DNA of 64,000 nucleotides from Naegleria gruberi. Taxonomy: Eukaryota. Below the pieces are notes generated by a model that saw only the letters and a program-made list of their open reading frames with translations, made no database searches and had not been told where the DNA came from. Below, one piece after another: positions 22,169 to 33,499 of this stretch. The position numbers were made by a program, and so were the translations under genes. Each line of letters begins with the position of its first letter. Within the stretch, counting starts at the first letter, position 1. Location: the NCBI GenBank assembly GCA_000004985.1, contig GG738851.1. One strand, written 5' to 3'.

Positions 22169-23398
22169 ATGCAAGCACAACAACGAATCACAGTGTTGGT
22201 ATGTGAGGTCGGAGAGGATATCTACTCGAAACAAATTCCTCGAGTGGGATCATCACATTTTGATGGAAATTTCGGAATTAAAAGTAAAAAGATGATGAAT
22301 GTATTGGTAAATGCTAGAGTTGGGGAAATTAGAGAGGACATTGCTAATAATATGTTTAATTATTCGGATCATGATTCAGAAACAGCTATTGTTGAATATT
22401 TACTTGGTATGAGAGATCAACAGGATGGAAGTTTTATTTGGTTTGAGGATGATGAAATGATTTTAGATCAAGATTTAGTATCAAGCCTTTGTGGACGTCG
22501 TTTGATGATTAAAAAGAAAACAACAAACAAGACAATCAAATCCGATTTATTCAGATTTCCCAAGTATAGTACTGAAAATGTTTTGAAATTGCTGAATAGT
22601 GGAAATTTGGAAAAGTATTCTCCTGAGGAACAGTTGATTAGAACAGAATTGGCTGCTTGCTATCGTTTGTTTGATTTGTTTGGATGGACTGATACTGTCT
22701 ATGGACATTTAACTGCAAGAGTTTCAGATGGTGAAAAGACTCATTTTCTCATTAATCCTTTCGGTCTTCATTATAGTGAAATTACTGCATCAAGTTTGGT
22801 TAAGGTTGATATTGATGGTGAAATTGTTGACCCTGGCTCAACAGGAGATTTGTTTGGAATTAATAGAGCTGGATATGTTATTCATTCAGCTGTTCATGAA
22901 GCTAGAGAGGATGTTCTCTGTGTCATGCACATGCACTATGCTCCATGTGCAGCTCTTTCATGTATTGAGAAGGGTTTTGATAAGACTCTCTCTCAGACCA
23001 GTTCAATTATTGGAGATGTTGCCTATCACAAAACTGAAGGAATTGCAGTCAATGAAGAAGAACGAAAGAGATTGCAAAACGATCTTGGATCCATCAAGAA
23101 GATTCTCATTTTGGAAAATCATGGTGTTGTGACATGTGGAGAAAGTGTTGGAGAAGCATTCCTCTCCATGTTCATCTTGTCTGAATCATGTAAAATTCAA
23201 AGTGAGGCCATGTCCATGAAATCAGGTATGAATTCACACATTATTCCAGTTGAGGAATCCATTTCCAACAAATCCTTCGATATTGCTCACGGTTTTACAA
23301 AGGAGGGTTTTGGAAGAAAGGAACTCTGCTCCTATATGAGATATTTAGATTACTTGTACCTTAGTAATTCTTCACCAATTCCACATTATAGAACCTAA
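22169..23398 (+). CDS. class II aldolase / adducin N-terminal domain protein
   Basis: 409-aa ORF. The central region (LTARVSDGEKTHFLINPFGLHYSEI...HSAVHEAREDVLCVMHMHYAPCAALS) matches the class II aldolase/adducin fold signature. Confidence 0.7.
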   Translation: MQAQQRITVLVCEVGEDIYSKQIPRVGSSHFDGNFGIKSKKMMNVLVNARVGEIREDIANNMFNYSDHDSETAIVEYLLGMRDQQDGSFIWFEDDEMILDQDLVSSLCGRRLMIKKKTTNKTIKSDLFRFPKYSTENVLKLLNSGNLEKYSPEEQLIRTELAACYRLFDLFGWTDTVYGHLTARVSDGEKTHFLINPFGLHYSEITASSLVKVDIDGEIVDPGSTGDLFGINRAGYVIHSAVHEAREDVLCVMHMHYAPCAALSCIEKGFDKTLSQTSSIIGDVAYHKTEGIAVNEEERKRLQNDLGSIKKILILENHGVVTCGESVGEAFLSMFILSESCKIQSEAMSMKSGMNSHIIPVEESISNKSFDIAHGFTKEGFGRKELCSYMRYLDYLYLSNSSPIPHYRT

Positions 23399-23801
23399 AG
23401 GCAAAGATTAATAACAATAACGTGTATCATTATATATCTGTTGCAATTGACACAGTTTTGGAATTTATTACAATTCATCAAATAAATATCTTTTAGGGTG
23501 AGCCTCAAACAATTTACAGTATCGATTCCAAATAGAGAGAAAATAGAGTCATGAAACTCCTTTCAAACGGATAACTCCGAAGATCCTAACAACAACATCT
23601 TTCAAAACTAACCTATTCAATATTCACATATCATCTCCAATGCTCAGCACTGTCAAAAACCCCAATTTCCTTCTTTACTTTTTGTTCCTAGTGTAAGATT
23701 TCTTGCTCAGTTCGATATTGGAAGATACTTTGCTGGTTGTGATGTGTTGTCTTGTTGGAAAAAAGTCGATTTTTAAATTTTTTTTTCAAAATATAAAAAA
23801 A

Positions 23802-25368
23802 ATGAAATCCTTCTTCATCCTTGATAAACTCGGCGAGATTATTATCGAAAGACATTTCCTGGGAAATGTGAGTAGAAGTGTTGCCGAAGAATTCTACACT
23901 GAAATTATGAAGGAACAACATAAAGGAGGAATTTCTAATGTTTCTCCAATTATTTCTACACAAAAGTATTATGTTGCTCACGTGTTCCGTCATTCACTTT
24001 ATTTTGTTGGTGTTGTTGATAGGGAATTTCAACCTCTGATGATTATTGAAATGCTTCATCGTATTGTTGATACTTTGGAAATTTATATTGAAAAGGTCAA
24101 TGAACAAAATATTAAGAATAACTTTGTTGTTGTTTATCAGGTAAGTAATCATGATGATGATCAATTGTTGTGATTTGACAAATAATACTTGATTCCTATC
24201 AAAAACTATGATAATACTACGTGTACAAAATTTTACCACACCATCACAAAAATCTTCCTTTTTAACACAAACTTGATTATCCTCCACAACAACAAAATCG
24301 TGTGTTTATAATTATCCACTACTCTAATGTTGAAATATCATCATTACGTACACCACAATCAATTATTATTACTGCTTTATATTGTACAACAACATTATTT
24401 AACATAATTAATCATAATAATAATAACAACAGCTTCTTGATGAAATGATTGATGGTGGCTTCCCAATCACAACAGAAATTGCCTTGTTGAAGGATCTTGT
24501 CCGACAACCAGCATCCATAGCTAAACAATTAACAGGTGATATTGGTAAAACCACTGTTGGTATTGTTGGTCATAACAAGTCCATTGTTCCTTGGCGTAAA
24601 GCTGGTATCAAGTACATGAATAATGAAGTGTACTTTGATATTGTAGAAACACTCAACGTGATCGTTGATGTAAATGGTGGTTCTGCTGTTTCTGAAGTTT
24701 TTGGTGTCATCAAATCTAGTTGTAAATTATCTGGAACACCTGATTTGTTGTTCAATTTTAATGATCCAAATATTATTGAAGATATTTCATTCCATCCTTG
24801 TGTTCGTTATGCTAGATACGAACAAGATAAATCCATTTCCTTCATTCCTCCTGATGGTGATTTTGAATTGCTTTCCTACCGTATGTCAAATTTACCAATG
24901 CTTCCTATTTATTGCCGACCTCAAATTACATTCTATAGAGGTGGGGCTAATGTTAATGTCATGTTAAATTTGAGACACACTCACAACAAGTCATTGGATA
25001 ATGTTAGAGTTATTATTCCAATTCCTACAATTGATAATCAACAATTAACTACTACTGTTGGTTCAATTTCATATGAATCTAGCATTAAATCATTGGTTTG
25101 GAATGTTGGAAAATTGAGTCCACAAACTCAACAATCAAAGAGTCCAACTCCTTCATTATCAGGTAAAATAACCTTCCCATTAATGTCTGGAAAATCAGAA
25201 CATGAAATTTTGGCCTGTCCTGCTGTTCAAGTACAATTTGAATTGGATGGTGTTTCCATGTCTGGTTTAAAGGTAGAAAGTGTACAATTGAGAAATGAAA
25301 ACTACAAACCATTTAAGGGTGTAAGATATGTAACAACCTCAGGTAGATACGAAGTGAGAACTGTTTAA
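23802..25368 (+). CDS. adaptor-protein complex mu subunit (AP-3/AP-4-like medium chain); 2 exons
   Basis: Exon 1 is 23802..24140 (MKSFFILDKLGEIIIERHF...VVVYQ). The 292-nt intron is gtaagtaatc...aacaacag. Exon 2 is 24433..25368 (LLDEMIDGGFPITTEIALLKD..., a mu-homology domain). The protein is about 424 aa. Confidence 0.8.
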
Positions 25369-25390
25369 TTTATAATAAATTTTGTAAAAA

Positions 25391-27064
25391 ATGTCATCAG
25401 CAAATCATCAAGAATTTGATAACACGAGACCAACCTATGTTCCAACAGATACTCAATCAATCTATGATCAAATTGTGGCAGATAATACATCACCCTACAC
25501 TGTCTATTTTAGACAATTATTCATGACTTATCCATTTCTATTATTCTTGTGTTTTTTAATTTATTATTGTGTTCATTCGAATAGTTTATTTGATGAAGTT
25601 CGTGTTTACTTTTCTTCCGATGCTTCGAAAAACATGTCATCAGAAACAGCAATGAATAATTCAAATAATGATGATTATGAAGATGATGATTATCTTGGAG
25701 AGGGAGAGGATTTACAAGACAATCATGATAATAACAACACATCCGAGAGAAAGAAATTCAACTTTCAATCACTTGTAAAATTATGTCCATCAATGACTGG
25801 TAATCTATTGACTGAGAACTCTGCAGATTTTCTCAAATTATTTAACAATGATCCAATCAAACAGCAAATGGTCAATCAAGCTAATAACACTCTTCACAAC
25901 AAACCTTGGTCTTTCAATACGATATTGTTTGGACCAAATTCGTTTGATCAGACTTGTCTGTATCGATATCCAATGTTTTTTGGATGGTCTGGTTATGCTC
26001 AATCAATAATCTCTCGGTTTATGAAGGGAAGTTTGTGGAATTTAATATTTAACAGATTGAATTCAAAGAATGTTGAAGGAAAATTCAAGAATTGGACAAG
26101 TAAACAGATTACAATTGATAGGGATGGAATGAAATACTACTTTACTGTATTGGAAAGAAAGAAAATGAATGAGAATAGAGAGAAGGAAATTTCCTTCTTT
26201 ATTGTTCCAGACATTGATGGAGCTTTTGGAACAAATACTCCATATATTGATAATTTTGTAAATTACGTTTGTGGAGAATCCAATCCTTTGAAATTGGCCG
26301 AACACACCAAGAGTTCATTCAAGAGATTAATCATTTACAATAGGGAGGGAAGAGATTCCACATTGAAAATTATCAATCCAAATGAATTCATCATGCTAGG
26401 AAATGCTTCAGGATTATCTGAATGTCTAGCTGATTTGAAGCAAAAATTGGATTTGAATGAAAAGTTATTTGGAGTTGGTTGGGGGTTTGGAGCCAATTTA
26501 CTATTGAAATCACTTTCATTGAACAAGGAATTAGTCAATCAATTATTTATTGGAGCTATTTCCGTATCAAATCCATTCGATATTCACAAATGTTTCAAGA
26601 ATTTCAATAATAATTTCATTTACAACCACTTACTTCATTCCATGAAAAAGATTGTCGAACTCAATTGGTCAACTTTCCAAGATTCCAAACTTGACCTGAA
26701 ATCCATACTAAACTCCACCACCATTTCACAATTTGACAATCAATTTACCATGAAATTATTGCCAAACACCAATCAAGATCTTGATGATTTCTACAAGGAA
26801 CAAAGTTCTTGCAAAATTCTCTCCAATGAAATCCAAATCCCAATTCTTGCAATTCATGCCAATGATGATCCCTTGTGTGCGCCATCGGTTTTCAACAACA
26901 CGGTCATGCCTGCCTGCCTGTACGGAGATAACATTCTCCTCATTAAGACACTTAAGGGAGGAAATAGAGCATTCTTCTCATCGGGCTACATGTTGTTCAG
27001 TGCTAATATTTCATTTGATGAGAGAATTATTTTTGATTTTATTGAAACTCTTCCAAAACTTTAA
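25391..27064 (+). CDS. alpha/beta-hydrolase, ABHD1/ABHD3 (EMB8)-like
   Basis: 557-aa ORF. N-terminal TM segment, lipase-type GxGxG (VGWGFGANLLL), and a C-terminal IHANDDPLC element typical of this ABHD subgroup. Confidence 0.6.
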   Translation: MSSANHQEFDNTRPTYVPTDTQSIYDQIVADNTSPYTVYFRQLFMTYPFLLFLCFLIYYCVHSNSLFDEVRVYFSSDASKNMSSETAMNNSNNDDYEDDDYLGEGEDLQDNHDNNNTSERKKFNFQSLVKLCPSMTGNLLTENSADFLKLFNNDPIKQQMVNQANNTLHNKPWSFNTILFGPNSFDQTCLYRYPMFFGWSGYAQSIISRFMKGSLWNLIFNRLNSKNVEGKFKNWTSKQITIDRDGMKYYFTVLERKKMNENREKEISFFIVPDIDGAFGTNTPYIDNFVNYVCGESNPLKLAEHTKSSFKRLIIYNREGRDSTLKIINPNEFIMLGNASGLSECLADLKQKLDLNEKLFGVGWGFGANLLLKSLSLNKELVNQLFIGAISVSNPFDIHKCFKNFNNNFIYNHLLHSMKKIVELNWSTFQDSKLDLKSILNSTTISQFDNQFTMKLLPNTNQDLDDFYKEQSSCKILSNEIQIPILAIHANDDPLCAPSVFNNTVMPACLYGDNILLIKTLKGGNRAFFSSGYMLFSANISFDERIIFDFIETLPKL

Positions 27065-27156
27065 TTTTATATGATAATTTGAAAATTAATATTAAATAAT
27101 ATTAAATAATATGGAAATTAAATAGTGGATTACAATTTTAAATTTCAAAAAAAAAA

Positions 27157-27684
27157 ATGAAAGAATTCTCCATTTCATATATTGAACCAGAGGATTTAAA
27201 AACACGAATCCTTCAACAGGATACTTCTTTTGCCATCATTGATGTTCGTGATTATGATTACGGAAGTGGACATATCAAAACACCAACACCACAACAATAT
27301 CATCACATTCCGATTGATGAATTAATTCAGCCTGAAAGAGCAAGACAATTACTCTCTGATTTGTCCCTTTCCAACAACAATCAAAACAACCAAAACAATG
27401 CTAAAAGTATGGATTTAATTTTCCATTGTTTCTATTCTCAACAGAGAGGACCGTACGGTGCTCAAAAGATGTCTTCCCTATTGGAGGATTTATACAACAA
27501 TGAAGATGATGGTGGTGATCACCAACAGGAATGGAATTTGAATGGAGTGAATGTAAAGGTACTGAGAGGAGGTTGGGGATTGTGGAGAACAAGGTTTTAT
27601 CTGGAAAGAGACTCTTTGATTGTTCCTTTGGAAAGTGATAGTAGTAGCAGTAGTAGTGAAAGCGAACAAGATGATGACGAATAA
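27157..27684 (+). CDS. rhodanese-domain / Cdc25-like phosphatase (Acr2/Ych1-type)
   Basis: 175-aa ORF. Active-site C-x5-R loop HCFYSQQRGP within a rhodanese-like fold. Acidic Ser-rich tail. Confidence 0.6.
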   Translation: MKEFSISYIEPEDLKTRILQQDTSFAIIDVRDYDYGSGHIKTPTPQQYHHIPIDELIQPERARQLLSDLSLSNNNQNNQNNAKSMDLIFHCFYSQQRGPYGAQKMSSLLEDLYNNEDDGGDHQQEWNLNGVNVKVLRGGWGLWRTRFYLERDSLIVPLESDSSSSSSESEQDDDE

Positions 27685-28031
27685 GTATCTCAATCGAATA
27701 TGATAATTATTAGATAATTATTAGATAATTATTTAGATTTTTCAATGTCAATAGATAATTTGGATGATATTTAATATACTTTAGAGAAAATAGAGAAAAT
27801 TCCAAAGATTTTCATTAACCCAACAAGAATCTTCCAAACATTCGGAGCTTCCGAAAGGTTTTGATAATTTGATTCTCAACAATTCTCTTCAAATAAAAAT
27901 GAATGATAATAACTATGAAGATGATACTGATATTCATACGATAGGTTGGTTTCCTTCTTCATGATCCTTTAATATTTAAACAATGTTAATTATTATAATA
28001 TTTAAAATTAAATAATATTTACAATTCAATA

Positions 28032-30827
28032 ATGATGATAATAATAGAGGGATCATCATGGAAATCAATATGGAAGGCCCGAATTAAATCCATCAAGAAG
28101 GGAAATATCATTCTTGGTTGTTCATTAATTGTAGCCTTCTTGATCATTGTTGTGGCTGCTCTCGTTGGTTCCTACTTTTTCATTGGTAGTCAAGAACCAA
28201 TCATTAATGATGGTGGTTCTAGCACTGATCCGAGAGGAAAGAATTGTCTCCCAATTCCTAATTTCAAATTTGACTTTGATGAGGATAGAAATTTTACAAT
28301 GAATCAGAATATTCAGGAAAGTGCATATGTCTTGTTGAAGAATGTGAATTTGATTTCATCTTCAAATGTTGATGGAAAGGGAAAGGTAAAGATTTCAAAT
28401 GTGGATATCTTGTTGGAGAAGGGAAAGATTTCAAAGATTGCTAATCATGGATCTGATGAATTGAAGGCATATGAAGGTGTGGATTTGAATGGAAGATTTG
28501 TTACTGCTGGTATTGTGGATATGCATTCACATTTGGGTGTCATGTCTGATCCTTTGGACACTCGTGGACATGATGATGTGAATGAAGTGAGTCAACCTCT
28601 AACTCAAATGGTTAGATCAGTTGATGCATTGAATCCAAAAGATATTGCCATTTCTGAAATTAGATTCCATGGAGGTGTTACATCATCTTTGATTTTGCCA
28701 GGTTCTGCAAATGTTATGGGAGGTGAAGGTGCTTTTGTTAAATTGAAAACAGCAGCTGGAACTGTCAGTAGCATGTTAATTAGAGATGCTCCAAGAACTC
28801 TCAAGATGGCATGTGGTGAAAATCCAAAACGTGTCTATGGTAGAAGTTTCAAAACAATGCCATACTCTAGAATGGGTTCTGCTTTTTTAATGAGAAAAAT
28901 CTTTTCAGATTCTAAGAAACTCATGTTAGATCAAGATAATTGGGATTGTAATGAATCTGTGAGAAAGACAACTCCATCAAGACCATACGATCTTACTTTG
29001 GATCCAGTTGTTGGCCTCTTGAGAGGTGTTAATATTACTTTAAATGTTCACTGTTATGAAGTTCAAGATTTGGAAATGATGATTAGATTGTCAAAGGAAT
29101 TCGGATTCAAAATATCAGCATTCCACCATGCTCTTGAAGCATACAAGATTGCTGACATTTTGGAAAGAAATAAGATTACTGTTGCCACTTTTGCTGATTT
29201 ATTTGGATTTAAGGTTGAGGCCTATGAAGCCAGTGTTCATGCTCCAAGTATTTTGAGAAATAAGAATGTCAGAGTGGCCCTTAAATCAGATCACCCAGTT
29301 ATTCACAGCAAGTATCTCTTGTTAAATGCTGCAAAGAGTCACTTCTATGGATTGGATGAACAATCAGCTCTCAATTCTGTCACTTCTGTTCCAGCTGAAG
29401 CTATGGGATTAGGTAATAGATTGGGAAAGGTTGAGGTCAATTATGATGCTGATATTGTTGTTTGGGATCGTTTTCCACTCATGCTAGGTGCAAGACCACA
29501 CCAAGTATTTATTGATGGTAACAAGGTTGACGATCGTAATTTGCCAATTCACAGTACATTGGATCATGTTCCAAAATCAACCCAAACCATGAAGATTACT
29601 ATTAGAAAGGACGATAAGGATCAATCAACCACTGAAACTGAATTCTGTAGCTATGATCCAGAAACCTTTGGCAAGACACATACAGGAGGTTACACAATCA
29701 AGGGAGCCAAGATTTACACTATGCACAAGGAAAAGCCAATTATTGATGAAGGTAATGTCGTTGTTTCTGCCTCTGGACTTATTTCCTGTGTTGGAACTCA
29801 AGATGAATGCCCAATTCCAGAAACTGACGGACACGTCACCTATGAAATCGAGGACGGTATTGTTGTACCTGGACTCATTGAGTCAAGTACTTCACTAGGT
29901 CTCTATGAAATTGAAGCTGAACCAATTACTGAAGATGGAGATAATTACGGAATGAATACTGAGAGTATTTTCGGAATTCAAAGTAGATTTGGAGTTAGAA
30001 TGAGATCGAGAAATCTCAGAGCTGCTTGGAAGGCAGGTGTAACAACTTCAATTACTCATCGTCAAGGAAGATTATTGATTAATGGTCTCTCTAGTGTATT
30101 CACTTTGGAAGGATTAATTGTCAGTGATAGCTTAATCTCAAACTCTTCTGCACTCTATGTTACTATTGGTGCCAACTCAAAGGAGGGTGGAATTTCTGAT
30201 TCAATTTCTGCTCAAATCAATTATTTGAGAGAAGTTTTCCAAAGCTCAAAGGACATGGCCATCAAGAGAGTTTTGAATAGAGAAATCCCAGTCTCTGTAT
30301 TTGCCAATCAAGCTGATGATATTGGACAATTAATTGAGTTAAAGAATACCTTCGGATTTGATATGGTAATTATTGGTGGAGCTGAAGCTCACTTGATTGC
30401 TGATAAATTAGTTCAAAATAACATTCCTGTTATTTTAACACCACTCGCTGAAGATTTAAGTGACAAGCTCAATTGGGAAACCAAGAGAAGTAAGAATAAT
30501 TTTGGAGCTTCTGATTTATTCACTGCAGGAGTCAACTTAGGAATTGGTATGGGAACTTCAGCACACGATGTCAGAAATTTGAGATTTATTGCTGGTCTAG
30601 TTTCCACTGAAGGAGAAAAAGAATCCTCCATTCAATTCATGGATGCTCTCTCCTCAGTTACCAGTACAATTTCAGATATTTTCAAATTGGGTCAAGGTGT
30701 TGGTTACATTACCAAAAACTATCCAGCCAATTTGGTTTTATTCGATGGCAATCCACTCAATTTCTCTGGAAAACCAAAACTTGTTGCTGTGAAGAATACC
30801 GTTGATTGTAGTATTGTTCAATTTTAA
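28032..30827 (+). CDS. membrane-anchored metal-dependent amidohydrolase-family protein
   Basis: 931-aa single ORF. N-terminal signal anchor ILGCSLIVAFLIIVVAALVGSYFFI. Amidohydrolase metal-binding motif VDMHSHLG and a second amidohydrolase-like half. Confidence 0.65.
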   Translation: MMIIIEGSSWKSIWKARIKSIKKGNIILGCSLIVAFLIIVVAALVGSYFFIGSQEPIINDGGSSTDPRGKNCLPIPNFKFDFDEDRNFTMNQNIQESAYVLLKNVNLISSSNVDGKGKVKISNVDILLEKGKISKIANHGSDELKAYEGVDLNGRFVTAGIVDMHSHLGVMSDPLDTRGHDDVNEVSQPLTQMVRSVDALNPKDIAISEIRFHGGVTSSLILPGSANVMGGEGAFVKLKTAAGTVSSMLIRDAPRTLKMACGENPKRVYGRSFKTMPYSRMGSAFLMRKIFSDSKKLMLDQDNWDCNESVRKTTPSRPYDLTLDPVVGLLRGVNITLNVHCYEVQDLEMMIRLSKEFGFKISAFHHALEAYKIADILERNKITVATFADLFGFKVEAYEASVHAPSILRNKNVRVALKSDHPVIHSKYLLLNAAKSHFYGLDEQSALNSVTSVPAEAMGLGNRLGKVEVNYDADIVVWDRFPLMLGARPHQVFIDGNKVDDRNLPIHSTLDHVPKSTQTMKITIRKDDKDQSTTETEFCSYDPETFGKTHTGGYTIKGAKIYTMHKEKPIIDEGNVVVSASGLISCVGTQDECPIPETDGHVTYEIEDGIVVPGLIESSTSLGLYEIEAEPITEDGDNYGMNTESIFGIQSRFGVRMRSRNLRAAWKAGVTTSITHRQGRLLINGLSSVFTLEGLIVSDSLISNSSALYVTIGANSKEGGISDSISAQINYLREVFQSSKDMAIKRVLNREIPVSVFANQADDIGQLIELKNTFGFDMVIIGGAEAHLIADKLVQNNIPVILTPLAEDLSDKLNWETKRSKNNFGASDLFTAGVNLGIGMGTSAHDVRNLRFIAGLVSTEGEKESSIQFMDALSSVTSTISDIFKLGQGVGYITKNYPANLVLFDGNPLNFSGKPKLVAVKNTVDCSIVQF

Positions 30828-31173
30828 ATTTTAACAAAACTTTAAATTAATTTATTATTATCCTTATTATGATATGAGCTTTTTTTATCCTTTTTAAGAA
30901 AGTCAATACAATCGCTCATGAAATTATACAAGCCTGGGATTCTAACAAGAGCTGTAATTTCAGATGAAGGAGACATCCGAATTAATTGACAACGAATTTT
31001 GTAAAATATTCCAACAACAATTCCAATAAAAATTCTCAAATTTATAACTGTAGTCGATAATAACCATCATTATCGAATTAAAAAAACTTTCTATTCAAAT
31101 ATTTCAAAAATTATTTCAAAAATTAAATCGTTTGACACAATTGCCAACACATCTTTCAATAAAATTACAAAAA

Positions 31174-33176
31174 TTACTGATTCAAAGCGACATTATTAAT
31201 TTCATCGCTATTGGTGGATTTGGCGAGGTCTGAAGTTGAAATTCCTTCTGGTTCAGGTTTTGGATTCTTCATCTTCTTTTCAGCTCGTTTAGCAAGAACA
31301 GTTGGAGATGTTTCCTGTAAAAGGAAAATGTATAAAAATAATCCAATTAATGAAATACCAGCAAATATAAACCAAGGAACAGCTTGATTAGTCAAAGTGA
31401 CGACTGGAATAAAGAAGAGTGAAAGAACAATTGTAGTTGACCACATAATCAATGTTGCCATTGAAGTTCCAATAACAATGACCTTCTCATTCTCTCCATT
31501 GAAAACTTCATGAGCCAGAATGTAACCGAGAGAACCAATACCACAATGGAAACCAATCAGATACAAACAAATGAAAAGAATGCAGAGAATGATTTTGTAA
31601 TCACTTCCATCTTGTCCAAATTGGAAGATGAAACCACAAGCCAAATCCATAATTAAACTCAAAGTGAACTATTTCAATTTTTCAATAAGAAATTCGATTA
31701 GTTTAGAATATAGATGTTTCAATTTTCAAACTTACTCCAAAAATGATAATTGGCTTTCTTCCCAAACGGTCAATTAAGAAAATTGTTGGGAAAATGCAAA
31801 AGATTTGCCAAACTGCAATACCAAATGAAGCAAGCTGTTGATTCAATGGATCAGAAACACCAGCAGATTCAATCAAACTTGGTAAAAACATGGTTGCACT
31901 CTGAATACCAGTCCATTCCAATGCAAAACATCCGAAACAAGCCAAGATGGTTCCTCGAATGGCCTTTGAGCAGAATAAACGTTTGAATGCAGCAAGAGTG
32001 GACATGGTGCTCTGTTTCTTCTCAGCTTTTTCAATTTCCTTCTCTGGAATACTCTCTTTCGTATATTTTGCTGTTGTTTCAACAAGTTCTTTTCCTTTCG
32101 AATTCTCCTTACTTGTTTCTCCGTGTTGCTGATGATTTCCACCATGAATAAACATTGGCGACTCTGGAATCACAAACAAGACAATGAAAAACAATGGAAT
32201 GACAAATAAATTATCAAATGCATGAACAGCACGCCACATTTCACTCGAACGAACGAAAATTGCACCAAAAACGTAACCAGCTGTCGTTCCAAGTGAAATG
32301 CCCATATTAAACATGGCTCCGAGGACACCCTGATACTTGGCGTATGGCATTAGCTCTGCACAATAAACTGAACAAACAGCGGTGGCTACAGAACATACAA
32401 ATTCTAAACATTTCCATTTTAAATATTGGAAACTTACCTATTCCAGCACCAAAACCCAGAATACACCTGAACACAATTAAAGATGCCCAAGTAAAAGATG
32501 CAGCTCCTCCAACACTACCAATCACTGAAATGATGCAACACAAGAGAATGGAAATCTTTCGTCCAAGAAGTGGACCTGAAGCCATTGCAAACATACAACC
32601 AAATAAACCACCAATGAAGATAGAGGCTGAATAAAGACCTTGCATGATACTAGTTCCCAAATCGAATGTTGTTGTTGCATTGGTTGTCGAATTGGATGTT
32701 GTTGCATTACTAGCAGTAGCAGTGAAAGCCATAAAGTTGGAAAATTGCAAATTTTTAGAATTTTTAAAGCAATTTTGCAACTTTTTGATTTTTTCCAATT
32801 GCAAATTTTCCACAAGTTTTAAAGATTTGCTTCCTGTGGAAAAGATACAATGCAAATTTTCGATATTTTGAGTGGGAAAGAGAGGCTCGATAGCATTATT
32901 AAACCAGTGTTCTTTTGGTGAATTGATTCCATATGAAAATGTGTCATAAAATTGACTTGTTGTTGTCTGATTATTGACAACTGAACTATTGGAATTTGAT
33001 GAAGGAAAGAATGCTGTGATGGCACTTCCAAGTCCTCCTCCAATTGTTCCCAAAGCATATCCGAAGACTAAACCTCCCAACAAATTGGTAATTATTAAAA
33101 ATATTGCTAGGAATACTTTTTTTGATTTGCTACATTCGAATAGAAAAGAAAAACATGGATTATGTGAAAATTCCAA
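31174..33176 (-). CDS. MFS sugar/solute transporter; at least 3 exons
   Basis: Exons on the minus strand: 33176..32438, 32385..31736 and 31668..31174. Introns are 52 and 67 nt (gtaagttt..tctgtag, gtaagttt..gaaatag). Motifs include GFGAGI, PESPMFI (PESPR-like) and 12 hydrophobic segments. The first exofacial loop is unusually long and N/T/S-rich. The true start may instead be a 14-nt upstream micro-exon ATGAAAATTACATG followed by gtaagt. Confidence 0.7.
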
Positions 33177-33499
33177 AAGATCAGATTTTAATCATGAGAT
33201 TGAAAAAAAAAAACTTACATGTAATTTTCATATTTTTCAATGTATGAAAGTTTGTAGAATTGTTTGATAGGGTTTTGCATTTGTTTTTTATCTTTCGAAT
33301 AATAATTAAATACGAAACCTCGTGAAACGCTCAAGTATGTTGACAGGGACGTTATCAACCTTCCACATTTGCAATTTCCCCTTTCGAATAATAAGACAAA
33401 GCTATCATGAAATTGCCCCTTCGGACATGCAATTACCCATAAGCTCCTATGAACATTGTTTCAACAGTGGCACAATCGAGGTTTGTTGGTTTATTGTAA

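Noticed and set aside
27690-27760. A short tandem run, ttagataattattagataattatttagat, resembling a microsatellite or terminal repeat
   Set aside because: Only about 2.5 imperfect units of 13-14 nt lie in an AT-rich 3' region. That is too short and too degenerate to be called a mobile-element end.
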